Source: a virus
Taxonomy: Duplodnaviria; Caudoviricetes
IMG/VR virus record: IMGVR_UViG_3300014205_000002
Location: 1 to 64,000 of that record
Strand: one strand, 5' to 3'
DNA length: 64,000 bases
Position 1 is the stretch's first letter. The number at the start of each line of letters is the position of its first letter. Below, one piece after another: positions 24,848-34,327 of the stretch. Below the pieces are notes generated by a model. It was given only the letters and a program-made list of their open reading frames with translations, did no database searches and was not told where the DNA came from. The translations under genes and the position numbers were made by a program.

Positions 24848-25474
24848 TCAGGCAACCATTGGCGGACAAGATGTAAGCCAGCGTGGCGACCATTCAAGGC
24901 GACTGACGGCTACACCCCGGTCGTTCAACGGACCGCGCAGATCGAAGGGCAACGTGTCGCGATCCTGGACGCCCGGCGCAGCGTCGAAATTGGTGCCGGT
25001 TTGCTGACCCGCACGCAGGTAGCCCATGCCGATCGTCTCTGAGCAGACCTTGCGCCGACCGTCCTGGCTGACGTCGTTGTCCATGCCGGGACGCGCGCGC
25101 CTGCCGAGTGGATAGCCGATCACAATCTCCGCGAGCCGGAAGTAGCCATAGCCCTCGCCCAGATGGCCTCGGATCCAGGCGATCGCGGCGTCGACGGTGG
25201 CGGCATCCGTCAGTGGCCGCCAGACCTCATAGTTCTGGAGGTCATAGGCGTCGATCTCAACAAGGCCCACCAGATGGTTCTCCATGAACCGCACCTGGTG
25301 CCCCTGGTAGATGCCGTACGCCAGATCCGTGAAGTCGGAGGTGTAGGGGATGCCAGGCACCACCTCGCTGATGATCGCCGCATGCGGGAAGGGATGCTTC
25401 GTCACCAACTCCGCAAGGAAGCACCAGGGCTCCCCCTGGCACTGGACGAGGATGTCACCTTTTTCGTAGCGCAT
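24848..25474 (-). CDS. permuted papain-like NlpC/P60 (YiiX/YaeF-like) enzyme
   Basis: GDILV...HAAI...GEGY...VCSE with His before Cys. Confidence 0.75.
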   Translation of the reverse strand: MRYEKGDILVQCQGEPWCFLAELVTKHPFPHAAIISEVVPGIPYTSDFTDLAYGIYQGHQVRFMENHLVGLVEIDAYDLQNYEVWRPLTDAATVDAAIAWIRGHLGEGYGYFRLAEIVIGYPLGRRARPGMDNDVSQDGRRKVCSETIGMGYLRAGQQTGTNFDAAPGVQDRDTLPFDLRGPLNDRGVAVSRLEWSPRWLTSCPPMVA

Positions 25475-25510
25475 CGCGATCCTCTTTCTCTCGGTGGGGC
25501 TCCGGGGCGA

Positions 25511-26578
25511 CTAGAAGGTGCGGATGTTCATGCCGATGTGGGTAGCGTTGGCATAAGTGGTGCCGGTGACGCGCTCCGTAGTCTCAAGCTCGATCTCGAT
25601 GCGCTGACTGTAGCGGGAGTCCACGACGATCGAGCAGGTTCTCGCATAGTCGAAGACCCAGGAGCCGTCGACGTCCGTGTAGTTGGCTAGCCGCTGGAAC
25701 TCGGCCGGGGTGTTGTAGACGAAGTCCTTCACGACATACATGCCCGTGTAATAGCCTCCTGTTGGCTCAGGTAGGCCCATGGTCTGCGCGATGTCGGCTG
25801 TGAGCATGGTCGGCACGCCGCCCACGAGGTAATAGCCATCGTAGTATCCTGGGCCAGGCGCAGGCAGACCCTTCGCCTGCGCGAGCGCCGCGGTGAGCGC
25901 GGAGTGGAAGCGGAAGTGGAGCGCGCTAGCGATCTGGGCCGTTGCCTGGGCTGCGACCTTGGTCTGGTTGATCTTGATCTTGTAGCCGTAATAGGGCTCG
26001 ATTACCACGAGGCTGTTGGTGACAACCACACTGTCGGAGACGCGTTTCCAGTCGCCGTCCGGATCCTGCGGGTTCTGAGCGTCTTGCGGGAAGTAGGTGA
26101 TGTAGTTGGGGTCGTTCACGGGATTGGTGCCATCGCCGATCTTCCAGTAGCCAGGCTTTTCCCGACCGTTCGGCATGTAGAGGTAGACGATCGTCTCGTC
26201 GTTGGCGTTCTTCCAGCGGAAGTTGACGTCGTCGTAAGGCAGCACTGCGCCGGCGGGCCGGTGGTTACGGAAGCCATGAGTGCGGCAGTCCCAGGTGCTC
26301 TTGTTCGCCCAGTCCATGACCGGCGCGAAGCGCACCTCCTCCATCTCCACGGACGCATCCAGCAATCCCGTGTCGATCAGGGCGGGCTTAGCCTTGTTGA
26401 TGTAATCGCTCTCGCTCTCGTCTAGGTCGCAAAAGCGCAGGATGCCGTCAACCCGAATGGCGAAGCGCCACTGAGTGCCGAATGGATCGATCTTGCCGCC
26501 TTGCGGGATCAAGTCGAGGTCGCTACGCAGCGCCAGGAGTTTGTCGATGCCGATGGGAATGCTTATGGGGTTGCTCAT
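25511..26578 (-). CDS. hypothetical virion-associated protein
   Basis: Long ORF in the fibre cluster; aromatic/Pro-rich. Confidence 0.6.
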   Translation of the reverse strand: MSNPISIPIGIDKLLALRSDLDLIPQGGKIDPFGTQWRFAIRVDGILRFCDLDESESDYINKAKPALIDTGLLDASVEMEEVRFAPVMDWANKSTWDCRTHGFRNHRPAGAVLPYDDVNFRWKNANDETIVYLYMPNGREKPGYWKIGDGTNPVNDPNYITYFPQDAQNPQDPDGDWKRVSDSVVVTNSLVVIEPYYGYKIKINQTKVAAQATAQIASALHFRFHSALTAALAQAKGLPAPGPGYYDGYYLVGGVPTMLTADIAQTMGLPEPTGGYYTGMYVVKDFVYNTPAEFQRLANYTDVDGSWVFDYARTCSIVVDSRYSQRIEIELETTERVTGTTYANATHIGMNIRTF

Positions 26579-26582
26579 GGGG

Positions 26583-27968
26583 CTACCAATCCTCATACCA
26601 GCGGGAACCGAAGCGGATCGTGCTGGTGCCGCCGCTCAGGTTGGTGACCATTACGGCGAAGGTGTCGCCTGGAGTCAGGATCACGTTTCCCCAGTCTGCG
26701 GGGACCGTGTCGGAGCGGCCCTGGGAAGCGACCAGTACCGACATCAGCTCGATTCCGCCGGTGACGGTCACGCCGCTGGTCGCATCGATCTCGCAGGCGG
26801 TCTCGCCAGTTGCCATGCCTGAGGGCGTCACATAGTTCTGCGCGCTGCCACCGAAGGTCGGGTTCATGACCATCTGGACGTCGACATCCTTGGACGCTGT
26901 CAGCGTGTCGATCCCCTGCATCATGCAGCGGATGGCGTTGAAGCTCGCGGTATCCTTGTGGCGAATCGTCATCACATACTGTGGCGCGGTTGTGCTTGCG
27001 AGCGCGTAAGCACCAATAGTGTGGCTGACCAGGCGCTGGTAGGGTGCGTAATTGCCCAATACCGAGAAGGCTCGCCCGCCGATCACCAGCGAGAATGCGG
27101 TGGTCGCGGTGCCATTGCTCGTACGAACACGCAAGGGCATGTTCGGGTTCTGGGTGTTGAGCGCGCCATCGGTTTTGTAACGGTGGACCACGACCTTACG
27201 CTGCCGGCCGGAGTCGTCTTGAATGAGCATCGTCCACTCCACGATGCCGTAGCCGAAGTAGGTGAGGTCAATGACGAAGACGTTTCCGAGGCTCATGGTG
27301 AGCATGACACCCGAGTGCGTGGTGCCGTCGATCTTGTCGACGTTCCAGTCGGCCTGGCTGATCTTGGTCTTCACGCCGGCGGACTGGTGAAAGACATAGA
27401 CGCCGGCGGGCTCGACGCCGAAGCCGAAGCCATCGTTGTCGTCGAAATAGCCCCACTCGCCGAACTGCTGTCCCACAGGGACGGTCGGCATCCGGCAGGA
27501 GACCTCCGCCATCGCACCGAGCCCACAGACGTAGCTGCCGCGCTCGCGCGAGCGAAGATCCGCCGTGGAGTTCGCCTGGGCTCCGGTGGTCACGACGTAC
27601 TCGGCGTTGACCTGACTCACGCTACCGCCGCTGGCGACCGTGACCTTGTCACGCACTGCGGAGAGCGGGAAGCGCGAGAGCAAGGAAATGAGGGTCGACT
27701 TCCCGGCAATCGGAACCTCGCCGTGCTGGGTGAACAGCGACTTGTGCAGATGGTGGAGCTCATGACTCAGCGTCGAGAGGTGGCCGAGGATGCCAACTCC
27801 GCCAGCGTCGATCACCTCCTTGGTGACGACCTGGCCGTTGGCCGTGACGAGCTGCGCGAGTTTCGCGATCGCATCGGCGTCGGTGGTCTTGAGCTCGTTG
27901 TTCGCGCTGCTCTGGATCGGCAGCCCGTTGGGGCCGAGAAGCCTGACAGCGCCTTCAAACAGTTGCAT
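26583..27968 (-). CDS. putative virion structural protein, beta-rich
   Basis: EWGYFDDNDGFGF, QADWNVDKIDG; GAGGAG RBS. Confidence 0.7.
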   Translation of the reverse strand: MQLFEGAVRLLGPNGLPIQSSANNELKTTDADAIAKLAQLVTANGQVVTKEVIDAGGVGILGHLSTLSHELHHLHKSLFTQHGEVPIAGKSTLISLLSRFPLSAVRDKVTVASGGSVSQVNAEYVVTTGAQANSTADLRSRERGSYVCGLGAMAEVSCRMPTVPVGQQFGEWGYFDDNDGFGFGVEPAGVYVFHQSAGVKTKISQADWNVDKIDGTTHSGVMLTMSLGNVFVIDLTYFGYGIVEWTMLIQDDSGRQRKVVVHRYKTDGALNTQNPNMPLRVRTSNGTATTAFSLVIGGRAFSVLGNYAPYQRLVSHTIGAYALASTTAPQYVMTIRHKDTASFNAIRCMMQGIDTLTASKDVDVQMVMNPTFGGSAQNYVTPSGMATGETACEIDATSGVTVTGGIELMSVLVASQGRSDTVPADWGNVILTPGDTFAVMVTNLSGGTSTIRFGSRWYEDW

Positions 27969-27977
27969 GGGGGCTCC

Positions 27978-28298
27978 TCAGGTGACGGCGATCGCCGAGC
28001 TGACGATCAGGCCGTTGCCGTCGCGGGTGAAAGTTTCGGTCTCGGTGAAGGTGCGACCATGGCCCGTGTAGACACGCGTTTCAACCGTAATCGCTTGCGT
28101 GGTGCCGTCTCGCGTCCAACTGGTGGTCACCGTATAGACAACTCCGTCGGGCGCGGCCTGGGAGCGCACGATCTGGGACAGGTTGCCGTTCACGTCGCGG
28201 GTCACGCCGGTGATCGGCATGCGCAGGAGGTCGGCATCCGTGATCGAACGATCACGGATGTCCGTCGAGTCCTTCTTGTGGGCTCCCTCCAGCGGCAT
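27978..28298 (-). CDS. small protein with YD-repeat-like beta hairpins
   Basis: TRDVNGNL...FTRDGNGLI. Confidence 0.65.
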   Translation of the reverse strand: MPLEGAHKKDSTDIRDRSITDADLLRMPITGVTRDVNGNLSQIVRSQAAPDGVVYTVTTSWTRDGTTQAITVETRVYTGHGRTFTETETFTRDGNGLIVSSAIAVT

Positions 28299-28312
28299 GC
28301 TTGATCCTCAGG

Positions 28313-29977
28313 CTAGAGCGAGAACCACTTGAGCTGGATGCGATCGTCTTCTTCCAACGGATCCGTGGGATCGAAGTAGAAGCGGACCACCGTGGCCGAT
28401 TCCTCGGTGTAGGCGCGACCGAGTTCTTCCACCGAGCCGTTGTAGAACACCGTCATCATGTCCTGGCCGACCTCGTAGGTCTGAGCGCCCGGCAGCGTGA
28501 TCGCGATGTAGCGCAGCGCGCCGTCGACGGTGGCGTTGTCGATGTCCGCCTGGACCAACACCTTGACGTAGGTGCGGTTGCGGCTGGCGTTCAGGCGACG
28601 CACCACCGACTCGACCGCCTCCTGGCCGTCGGTGACGAGCGTGACGCCGTCCACGAGGGTCAAGGGGTTGTTGGTGTTGTCGTAGGTGATGTTCGCGAGC
28701 GGGTGGGCCGTTGCTGAGGCCGCATGGGCGTTCAGCGCGGCTTCGACGTCATAGACCTTCTGGTCGAGCTCGACGAGCGCCAGGTGGTCGTCGACCACGC
28801 CGGTGACGATGGTCGCGTTCGTGGTCACCCGCCCGAGCTTCGCGATCAGGCTGAGGTCGCCGGGGTAAGCGGCACCCTGCTGGGCACCGCCGGCGGCGTC
28901 GACCCACAGGTAGGTGGTGGTGTTCGCCGGCACGGCCTGCGAGGTGAGCGTGCGCACGAAGCGATCGCCCTTCACGTAGGCGGTCATCGCGGCGATGCTG
29001 ACGTTCAGGCCAGCTCCGGCGGAGAGCAGGCCACTCAGGCCGAGCACGCCGTTCGAGCGCAGCTCGTCGGTGTAGGTCTTGAGGGAGGTCGAGCCCGCGA
29101 GCGACACCGCGTCGATGTTGCTCTGGAGCTGGTTGAGCGCGGTCGTCAGCAGGCCACTGTCGGTGAAGCCGCTGATGTTCACGTCCACGTGACAATCGAC
29201 GTCCGAGGTGTCGTGGCGATCCGACGTGGCCGCGATGTGATCGATCAGGCGCAGTACGACGCTCTTGCCGTTGGCGAAGGGATCGGAGAACACGCCCGTG
29301 TTGGTCAGGGTGATGCCGAGGTCGCTCGCGAGCTGAGCCAGGTCGTTGTGCTCGGAGATGTCGACCGAGCCAGGCGCACTGACGATCGCCTTGCCCTGAT
29401 CTTCCAGCAGCGAGGAGCTGCCGGTGACCCAGTGCTTGTAGAAGACGTAGGCGGTGACTGTGGCCCCGAACGAGTAGGCGGCCTCGACGCCCGCCGGCGC
29501 GTGGTAGAACGTCACCGTCCAGACACCGAGCGCGTGCGTCAGACGGCCGTAGATCTCATTGCCGTTCACGTCTGCGATCGAGTCGGAGCCTGTGGGTTGG
29601 CCGCTCGGACCCTTCTGGCGCAGCAGGACCTTGTTGTCGGGTGCGTAGACGACGGCACCCAGATTCGACCAGGTGCGCGTGCCCGCGTTGTAGGTTGGCA
29701 CGGCCGTCGACGGGTTGACGCCCGCGAAGTCCGCCGTGACGATCGTGGAGCCAGCTGCGGGCAGGACCTTCGTGTCGCCGCCGATCAGCGGGTATACGGC
29801 GCGCTTCTGCGTGTCGAGCAGGGCCGTGGCGAAGGCTGCGTTCGTCTTGAGGAACGACAGCGTCGCGTCCAGCACCTTGTCATCGGTGATCGACTGGGCA
29901 GCGTACAGGGGGTTGGTGATGCTACCAACCTTGACCTGGAGATGGGCGACCTTCTTATTTAGCAACGTCTGACTCAT
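28313..29977 (-). CDS. putative tail fibre/appendage protein
   Basis: Coiled-coil stretches plus a C-terminal beta module; paralogous to 34328-35461. Confidence 0.7.
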   Translation of the reverse strand: MSQTLLNKKVAHLQVKVGSITNPLYAAQSITDDKVLDATLSFLKTNAAFATALLDTQKRAVYPLIGGDTKVLPAAGSTIVTADFAGVNPSTAVPTYNAGTRTWSNLGAVVYAPDNKVLLRQKGPSGQPTGSDSIADVNGNEIYGRLTHALGVWTVTFYHAPAGVEAAYSFGATVTAYVFYKHWVTGSSSLLEDQGKAIVSAPGSVDISEHNDLAQLASDLGITLTNTGVFSDPFANGKSVVLRLIDHIAATSDRHDTSDVDCHVDVNISGFTDSGLLTTALNQLQSNIDAVSLAGSTSLKTYTDELRSNGVLGLSGLLSAGAGLNVSIAAMTAYVKGDRFVRTLTSQAVPANTTTYLWVDAAGGAQQGAAYPGDLSLIAKLGRVTTNATIVTGVVDDHLALVELDQKVYDVEAALNAHAASATAHPLANITYDNTNNPLTLVDGVTLVTDGQEAVESVVRRLNASRNRTYVKVLVQADIDNATVDGALRYIAITLPGAQTYEVGQDMMTVFYNGSVEELGRAYTEESATVVRFYFDPTDPLEEDDRIQLKWFSL

Positions 29978-30009
29978 TGTATCCTCCGCTCCTCATGGGG
30001 TTTCAGGGC

Positions 30010-30318
30010 TCACGCGTAGATGTAGTTGACCAGGATCACCCAGCCGCTGGGCAGTTGTTCACGCAGGGTGAAGATTCCAGCTCCTGGATCGGTCTCCTGG
30101 TAACAAGGGGGACTTTCACGGTGGACACCCTCTTCACCCTGGGGCGCGGCCCCAATGTAGACCTCAAGGGTGCCAGGCAGGTAAAGGTCGTGGGGGACAC
30201 GGTAGACGAGGCGGCCGATGAATTCCTCGGGGGTGACCATGCCGCTGTGGCTGTGCCCGTTCGTCTGGGGGGGCGGAGGCGGGGGCGATGGCGGCACGCC
30301 GATGCGGGTGATGCGCAT
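30010..30318 (-). CDS. small structural protein (shared fibre beta module)
   Basis: YLPGTLEVYIG...YQE...VILVNY resembles the C-terminal modules of neighbouring genes. Confidence 0.6.
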   Translation of the reverse strand: MRITRIGVPPSPPPPPPQTNGHSHSGMVTPEEFIGRLVYRVPHDLYLPGTLEVYIGAAPQGEEGVHRESPPCYQETDPGAGIFTLREQLPSGWVILVNYIYA

Positions 30319-30767
30319 CAGAGCTTCCTGCCTCGAACCTGGAGTTTGACCCGATCCGTGCCGGTCCCGCCGATCACGATCTGATCCTCTGCACCGAGTG
30401 TGAGCGGTCCGTCGATGACGAACTGGGTGCCGATGAAGTCGACCTCCTCGGCGATCTTGAAGATCTCTCCGCCCATGCGGATTCCGACGTAGAAGGTCTT
30501 GGGGTCTTGGCTCTCGACGTATTCGGCGGGCGCGCCGGGGACGTCCTTGAGGAACTTGAGCGCAATGATCGTGGCTTCCCAGGGCCCTTCAAAGGCCGTC
30601 TCATACTCCAGCGCGCCCGACTGGAGTTCGTGGGTTGTGCCACCCTTGTAGACCGTCGGCGTGACCTGGATAGCCAGGACCCGCAGAACGAGCTGTAGGT
30701 TGGTCGGGTCACTCGGAGCCAGGGCTTGCGTCAGCCGTTCCAAGTTCACCTGGTCGAGTTCCGCCAT
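30318..30767 (-). CDS. hypothetical structural protein
   Basis: GAGGGG RBS; downstream of TATAATA. Confidence 0.65.
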   Translation of the reverse strand: MAELDQVNLERLTQALAPSDPTNLQLVLRVLAIQVTPTVYKGGTTHELQSGALEYETAFEGPWEATIIALKFLKDVPGAPAEYVESQDPKTFYVGIRMGGEIFKIAEEVDFIGTQFVIDGPLTLGAEDQIVIGGTGTDRVKLQVRGRKL

Positions 30768-30790
30768 GCGGTCCCCTCACGCTCTCTGGG

Positions 30791-30811
30791 GCTTCCGAGG
30801 TTATTATAGGG
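30791..30811 (-). promoter_or_regulatory. extended TATAATA promoter CCCTATAATAACCTCGGAAGC
   Basis: Identical 21-mer at 39551-39571; near-copies around 61483 and 47352. Confidence 0.8.
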
Positions 30812-30826
30812 TCAAGTCCAAAGCGC

Positions 30827-30854
30827 TCCGGCCCCACCAATAGGCGGGGCCGGA
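30827..30854 (-). terminator. putative terminator hairpin
   Basis: TCCGGCCCCGCC-TATT-GGTGGGGCCGGA after the 30866 stop; weak U tract. Confidence 0.45.
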
Positions 30855-30865
30855 TGCGGAGCTGG

Positions 30866-31249
30866 CTACGTCTTGGCGGACGCCTTCTCTTTGGTTGGCT
30901 GATCGAGCGTAGCGTCGAACTCGGCGTGCAGGAACCTCATGATCGTCTCGACCACCGGCTCGTCTGGGTTGCCGCGCAAGTCGAAGAAGGCGTCGAGCGT
31001 CTCGGCTCGCAGGTTGGCCGTGGCGAAGTTCCGGCGCTTCTGAAAGCCGAAGGCGGACGTCGTCTTGCCTTCGACGACGGAAAAGGTGACTTTACCCTCG
31101 AATGGATCGAGAGCCAATTGCTGGATGCGTAGTTCACCCTTGACCTCGTCGCGCATCGTGCGTACGGGGCGCTTCTTTACCGGGGCCTCGCCGGCGGCGT
31201 CTTGGGCACCGATAGGGGCGACGGGATCGGTTCCAGATTCAGGTTTCAT
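30866..31249 (-). CDS. hypothetical protein
   Basis: AAGGAG RBS. Confidence 0.7.
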   Translation of the reverse strand: MKPESGTDPVAPIGAQDAAGEAPVKKRPVRTMRDEVKGELRIQQLALDPFEGKVTFSVVEGKTTSAFGFQKRRNFATANLRAETLDAFFDLRGNPDEPVVETIMRFLHAEFDATLDQPTKEKASAKT

Positions 31250-31355
31250 CGGGACTCCTTCTCAATGTGGATGCGCACCCTGGCATGATACCAGGATGCG
31301 CATGGTGTTGCGGTCGACAGTGGGCTGTTCCGAATGACGCTTGGTTAACCGCGGC

Positions 31356-31652
31356 TTACGCGACGGCGACACCGTCAATCGTGCTCACGGGCGTATCGCC
31401 TCCTGCGGTTGGCCCAAGCAGCAGCACCTGAATGCCGTCGATCACGACGCGGTTCCCGGTTGACTCCATCACTGGCGCTAGTTCGGTGCCCGTGTTGGTC
31501 ACGGCATTCTGCCAGGACTTCACGGCTTGTCCTTGCTCGCGCGTAACCTCGACCGCAGAGGCACCGGCGAGAATGGCCTGCCAATCGATAGCATCATGGC
31601 GGGAATTGACAAGAAAACGCGCAGAGACTGGGGTGTCCTGAATAATAATCAC
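31356..31652 (-). CDS. small protein, possible fibre chaperone
   Basis: AAGGAG RBS; follows the large beta-rich gene and shares its lower-GC character. Confidence 0.55.
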   Translation of the reverse strand: MIIIQDTPVSARFLVNSRHDAIDWQAILAGASAVEVTREQGQAVKSWQNAVTNTGTELAPVMESTGNRVVIDGIQVLLLGPTAGGDTPVSTIDGVAVA

Positions 31653-31663
31653 GTTCTACTCCT

Positions 31664-33544
31664 TTATGGGGTGACGATTTCCCACTGACCGTTGACGCCA
31701 ACGATCAGCAGCTTGGTTGCAGCGGCGATGGCCTGCACAGGGTTGTCGATGACCGTATCGACCACGCCATTGCCCACGAAGGTTCCGAAGTCTGTACGGC
31801 TACGCTTCTCGACATAGGCCCCTGTCGGGTAGTACCAGCCTGCCGCATTGCCGTAGATCACGCCGTTGGTGCGGCGCTCCTGGCCGGTGGCACCCTGCAA
31901 CATGAACTGACCGTTCTCTGTGCCGACCTCCTCGTCTGTGGCGTCATTCTTGTTGAAGTAGCTACCCAGCTTGGTGGCCGTGGGGGCCTCAATGGCAAGC
32001 GACGGCAGCCCCGTGCTCGGCAGCCACGTCAACTGGTGCGCCAGCGCCCCGTAGCCCGTATCTGTGCCAGGGATATTGGTGTTGTCCACGGCAATTGAGG
32101 GTGTCCCGCCCGCGACATGTGAAAAGTGCGTCTGGTGCAAGCGTGCGCGCCCGTTGGTGTCGAGACAGATGGCGTATAGCGCCATCGTGCGGTCGGAGCC
32201 GGCCGCCTCGTCGGCGATGCCAAAGATGGCAGGCGCTACGTTAGCCTGTCCTGCGATGGTTGTTGCGGCAGCATCCATGACCTTACCCAGCGTGGTGAGT
32301 GAGCCAAGCAGTGTTCCGGCTGGCCCGACCACCACCGTGAGGTGTTCAAACGTATTGACCGACGGGGCGGTGGAGTTCCCGTTACAGGTATGCATGAATA
32401 GATAGAGACGGCCGCCCTGCCCACGCACAGCACGCACCCTCGCGAAATAGTCATTTACGTAGGTCGTGCGGTAGGCCGCAAGCGGCGTCTGATCCAACTG
32501 GGCGGCAAGAATGATCGTGGCGACGGTTACGGTGCCGCTGATGTTGTGAACCGTGACGGCCCCGGTGTTGAGCTGGGCTGCGCCAGAGTTTACGTTCGAC
32601 GTATCAACAGTCACGAGGTAGTCGATACCGGCAAAGCCCATCACCTTCTTGCCCGAGACGGTCGAACGCCCATTCACCACTGTCGGGATCAGGCGCGTCA
32701 GGCTACGCACACGGAAGTCGCCATCTGCACTTCCACTCATGAGGTCGATCACAAGGGACGTACAGCCGCCGGGGGTCGTGAGCCCGCTACCCGCCGGTAT
32801 TGCCCCCATGGCAATGCGGACCATGCTCTTGCCGCTACTGTAGTTAGCTTGATAAGCGGCATGCATGTAGGCATAACCAGAGACGTTAAAACTCTCGACA
32901 CCGGTGTAGATGGCGGTCTGTACGCCTGTCTCAATGTCCAGCAACATGGTTGTGCTGTCGATCGTGTTCCCGAAGATCATGATCGCCTTGCCGTCGCCAA
33001 GAGGGATTGCCCGCGCCGTCTGGCTTGACGAGTTGAGTACATTTAGGGCGTTGGTACCCCACCAGACAAGTGGCTCAGGCTCGGCGAAGCTCGGACTGCC
33101 GTTGCCTGCTGCGCTCCCAGCGATATCGATCAGCACGCCCGTCACGATGCCATAGGCGACCCCGGACGCCGATCCGCTGTACCTGTTCACAGCGGTCACG
33201 GCGATAGACTCGCCAGCAGCGAAATTCAGGTCAACCGGAATCGTCATGTTCCCCGCGTTTGTCGTTGATGCGTCCGTGCTGGTCGGGGTGTTATCCATGG
33301 ATGACGCAGGCGACAGGAATACCGTTTCACCATTGATATACAAGGCGGCATTTTGAAGGTTGCCGGCATTTACGGTATCCATGAACGCCGTCACGGTGCG
33401 AATCGCGAGCACCTTGCCAGCCGGAACAACGTAGGTCTCGCCCTGCTGGATCGAGACGAGTGCGCCTCCGACAGGGACTTGACCCGAGTTGACGACGGCG
33501 GTCAGATTGCTGGTGGACGCGCCACCGATATTGACTGAAGGCAT
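31664..33544 (-). CDS. putative receptor-binding/fibre protein
   Basis: 626 aa, G/T/S/N/V-rich; atypical AT-richer codons; AAGGAG RBS. Confidence 0.65.
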   Translation of the reverse strand: MPSVNIGGASTSNLTAVVNSGQVPVGGALVSIQQGETYVVPAGKVLAIRTVTAFMDTVNAGNLQNAALYINGETVFLSPASSMDNTPTSTDASTTNAGNMTIPVDLNFAAGESIAVTAVNRYSGSASGVAYGIVTGVLIDIAGSAAGNGSPSFAEPEPLVWWGTNALNVLNSSSQTARAIPLGDGKAIMIFGNTIDSTTMLLDIETGVQTAIYTGVESFNVSGYAYMHAAYQANYSSGKSMVRIAMGAIPAGSGLTTPGGCTSLVIDLMSGSADGDFRVRSLTRLIPTVVNGRSTVSGKKVMGFAGIDYLVTVDTSNVNSGAAQLNTGAVTVHNISGTVTVATIILAAQLDQTPLAAYRTTYVNDYFARVRAVRGQGGRLYLFMHTCNGNSTAPSVNTFEHLTVVVGPAGTLLGSLTTLGKVMDAAATTIAGQANVAPAIFGIADEAAGSDRTMALYAICLDTNGRARLHQTHFSHVAGGTPSIAVDNTNIPGTDTGYGALAHQLTWLPSTGLPSLAIEAPTATKLGSYFNKNDATDEEVGTENGQFMLQGATGQERRTNGVIYGNAAGWYYPTGAYVEKRSRTDFGTFVGNGVVDTVIDNPVQAIAAATKLLIVGVNGQWEIVTP

Positions 33545-33558
33545 CTCTATACTCCTTG

Positions 33559-34302
33559 TTATTCGTAGGCTTCGCAGCGAAGGTCGGCTGCTCCAGCGGG
33601 AGCGGAAGTAATCTTGAGCGCGAGGAGTTCACCCGCCGCGATGGCGTCGCCAGCTCGTGCAATCTCCGTGGAAGCAACTCCACCATTACATGCAAGCGTG
33701 CCTGAGAACAACAGTGTCTGAGCGCCGCCTGCGACCACTTTGTAGACGTCAAAGCCGATCGTGCCGGAGGCCGGCGTGGCCCAGCTTGTGACGGCGAAGC
33801 CGCACAGGGTTCGTGCGCGCCGGACTCGCTTGGAGTCTACGAATAGACCTACGAAGCCATCCAAGTATCCGGTTGCGAGGAAGTCTACGAACGGTAGATC
33901 GCCCATGTTTTCGACCTCCGCGAGGTCGCCGTTTCCATCGCGCTTGGCGATCGCACCTGCGGTCGCGGCCGTGGCCGGCGCTGCTCCCTGGAGGGTCTGC
34001 GCGTCGGTGCCATTCGAGGTGAGCGGCTTCCATGCGCTGATCGGAGCCCCCCGCCAGACGTAGCCGACGGGGTTGTCCGAGCCATCGGAGTCGAGGACGA
34101 TCACCCAGTCTCCGTCGGAGAGGCCCGAGAGCGCGTTTCGAGCCGTGAGGGTGGCGACCTTGCCCTTGTAGTCGCGGCGCAGATCGAGGTACGTCTGCAC
34201 GTTCGCAGACGCGCCCCCGGTCGCGTCGTTGATCTCGTTGGCGGGGAAGCCTTGGACGCGCCGCCAGGGCAACGTCCAAACGCGGGAATCTCCAAACGGC
34301 AT
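33559..34302 (-). CDS. putative tail fibre protein
   Basis: YKGKVATLTARNAL...GDWVIV; DAQTLQG; IAKRDGNGD fibre-type motifs. Confidence 0.7.
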   Translation of the reverse strand: MPFGDSRVWTLPWRRVQGFPANEINDATGGASANVQTYLDLRRDYKGKVATLTARNALSGLSDGDWVIVLDSDGSDNPVGYVWRGAPISAWKPLTSNGTDAQTLQGAAPATAATAGAIAKRDGNGDLAEVENMGDLPFVDFLATGYLDGFVGLFVDSKRVRRARTLCGFAVTSWATPASGTIGFDVYKVVAGGAQTLLFSGTLACNGGVASTEIARAGDAIAAGELLALKITSAPAGAADLRCEAYE

Positions 34303-34327
34303 GAGGGGCTCTCCTTCGGCTCAGGGC

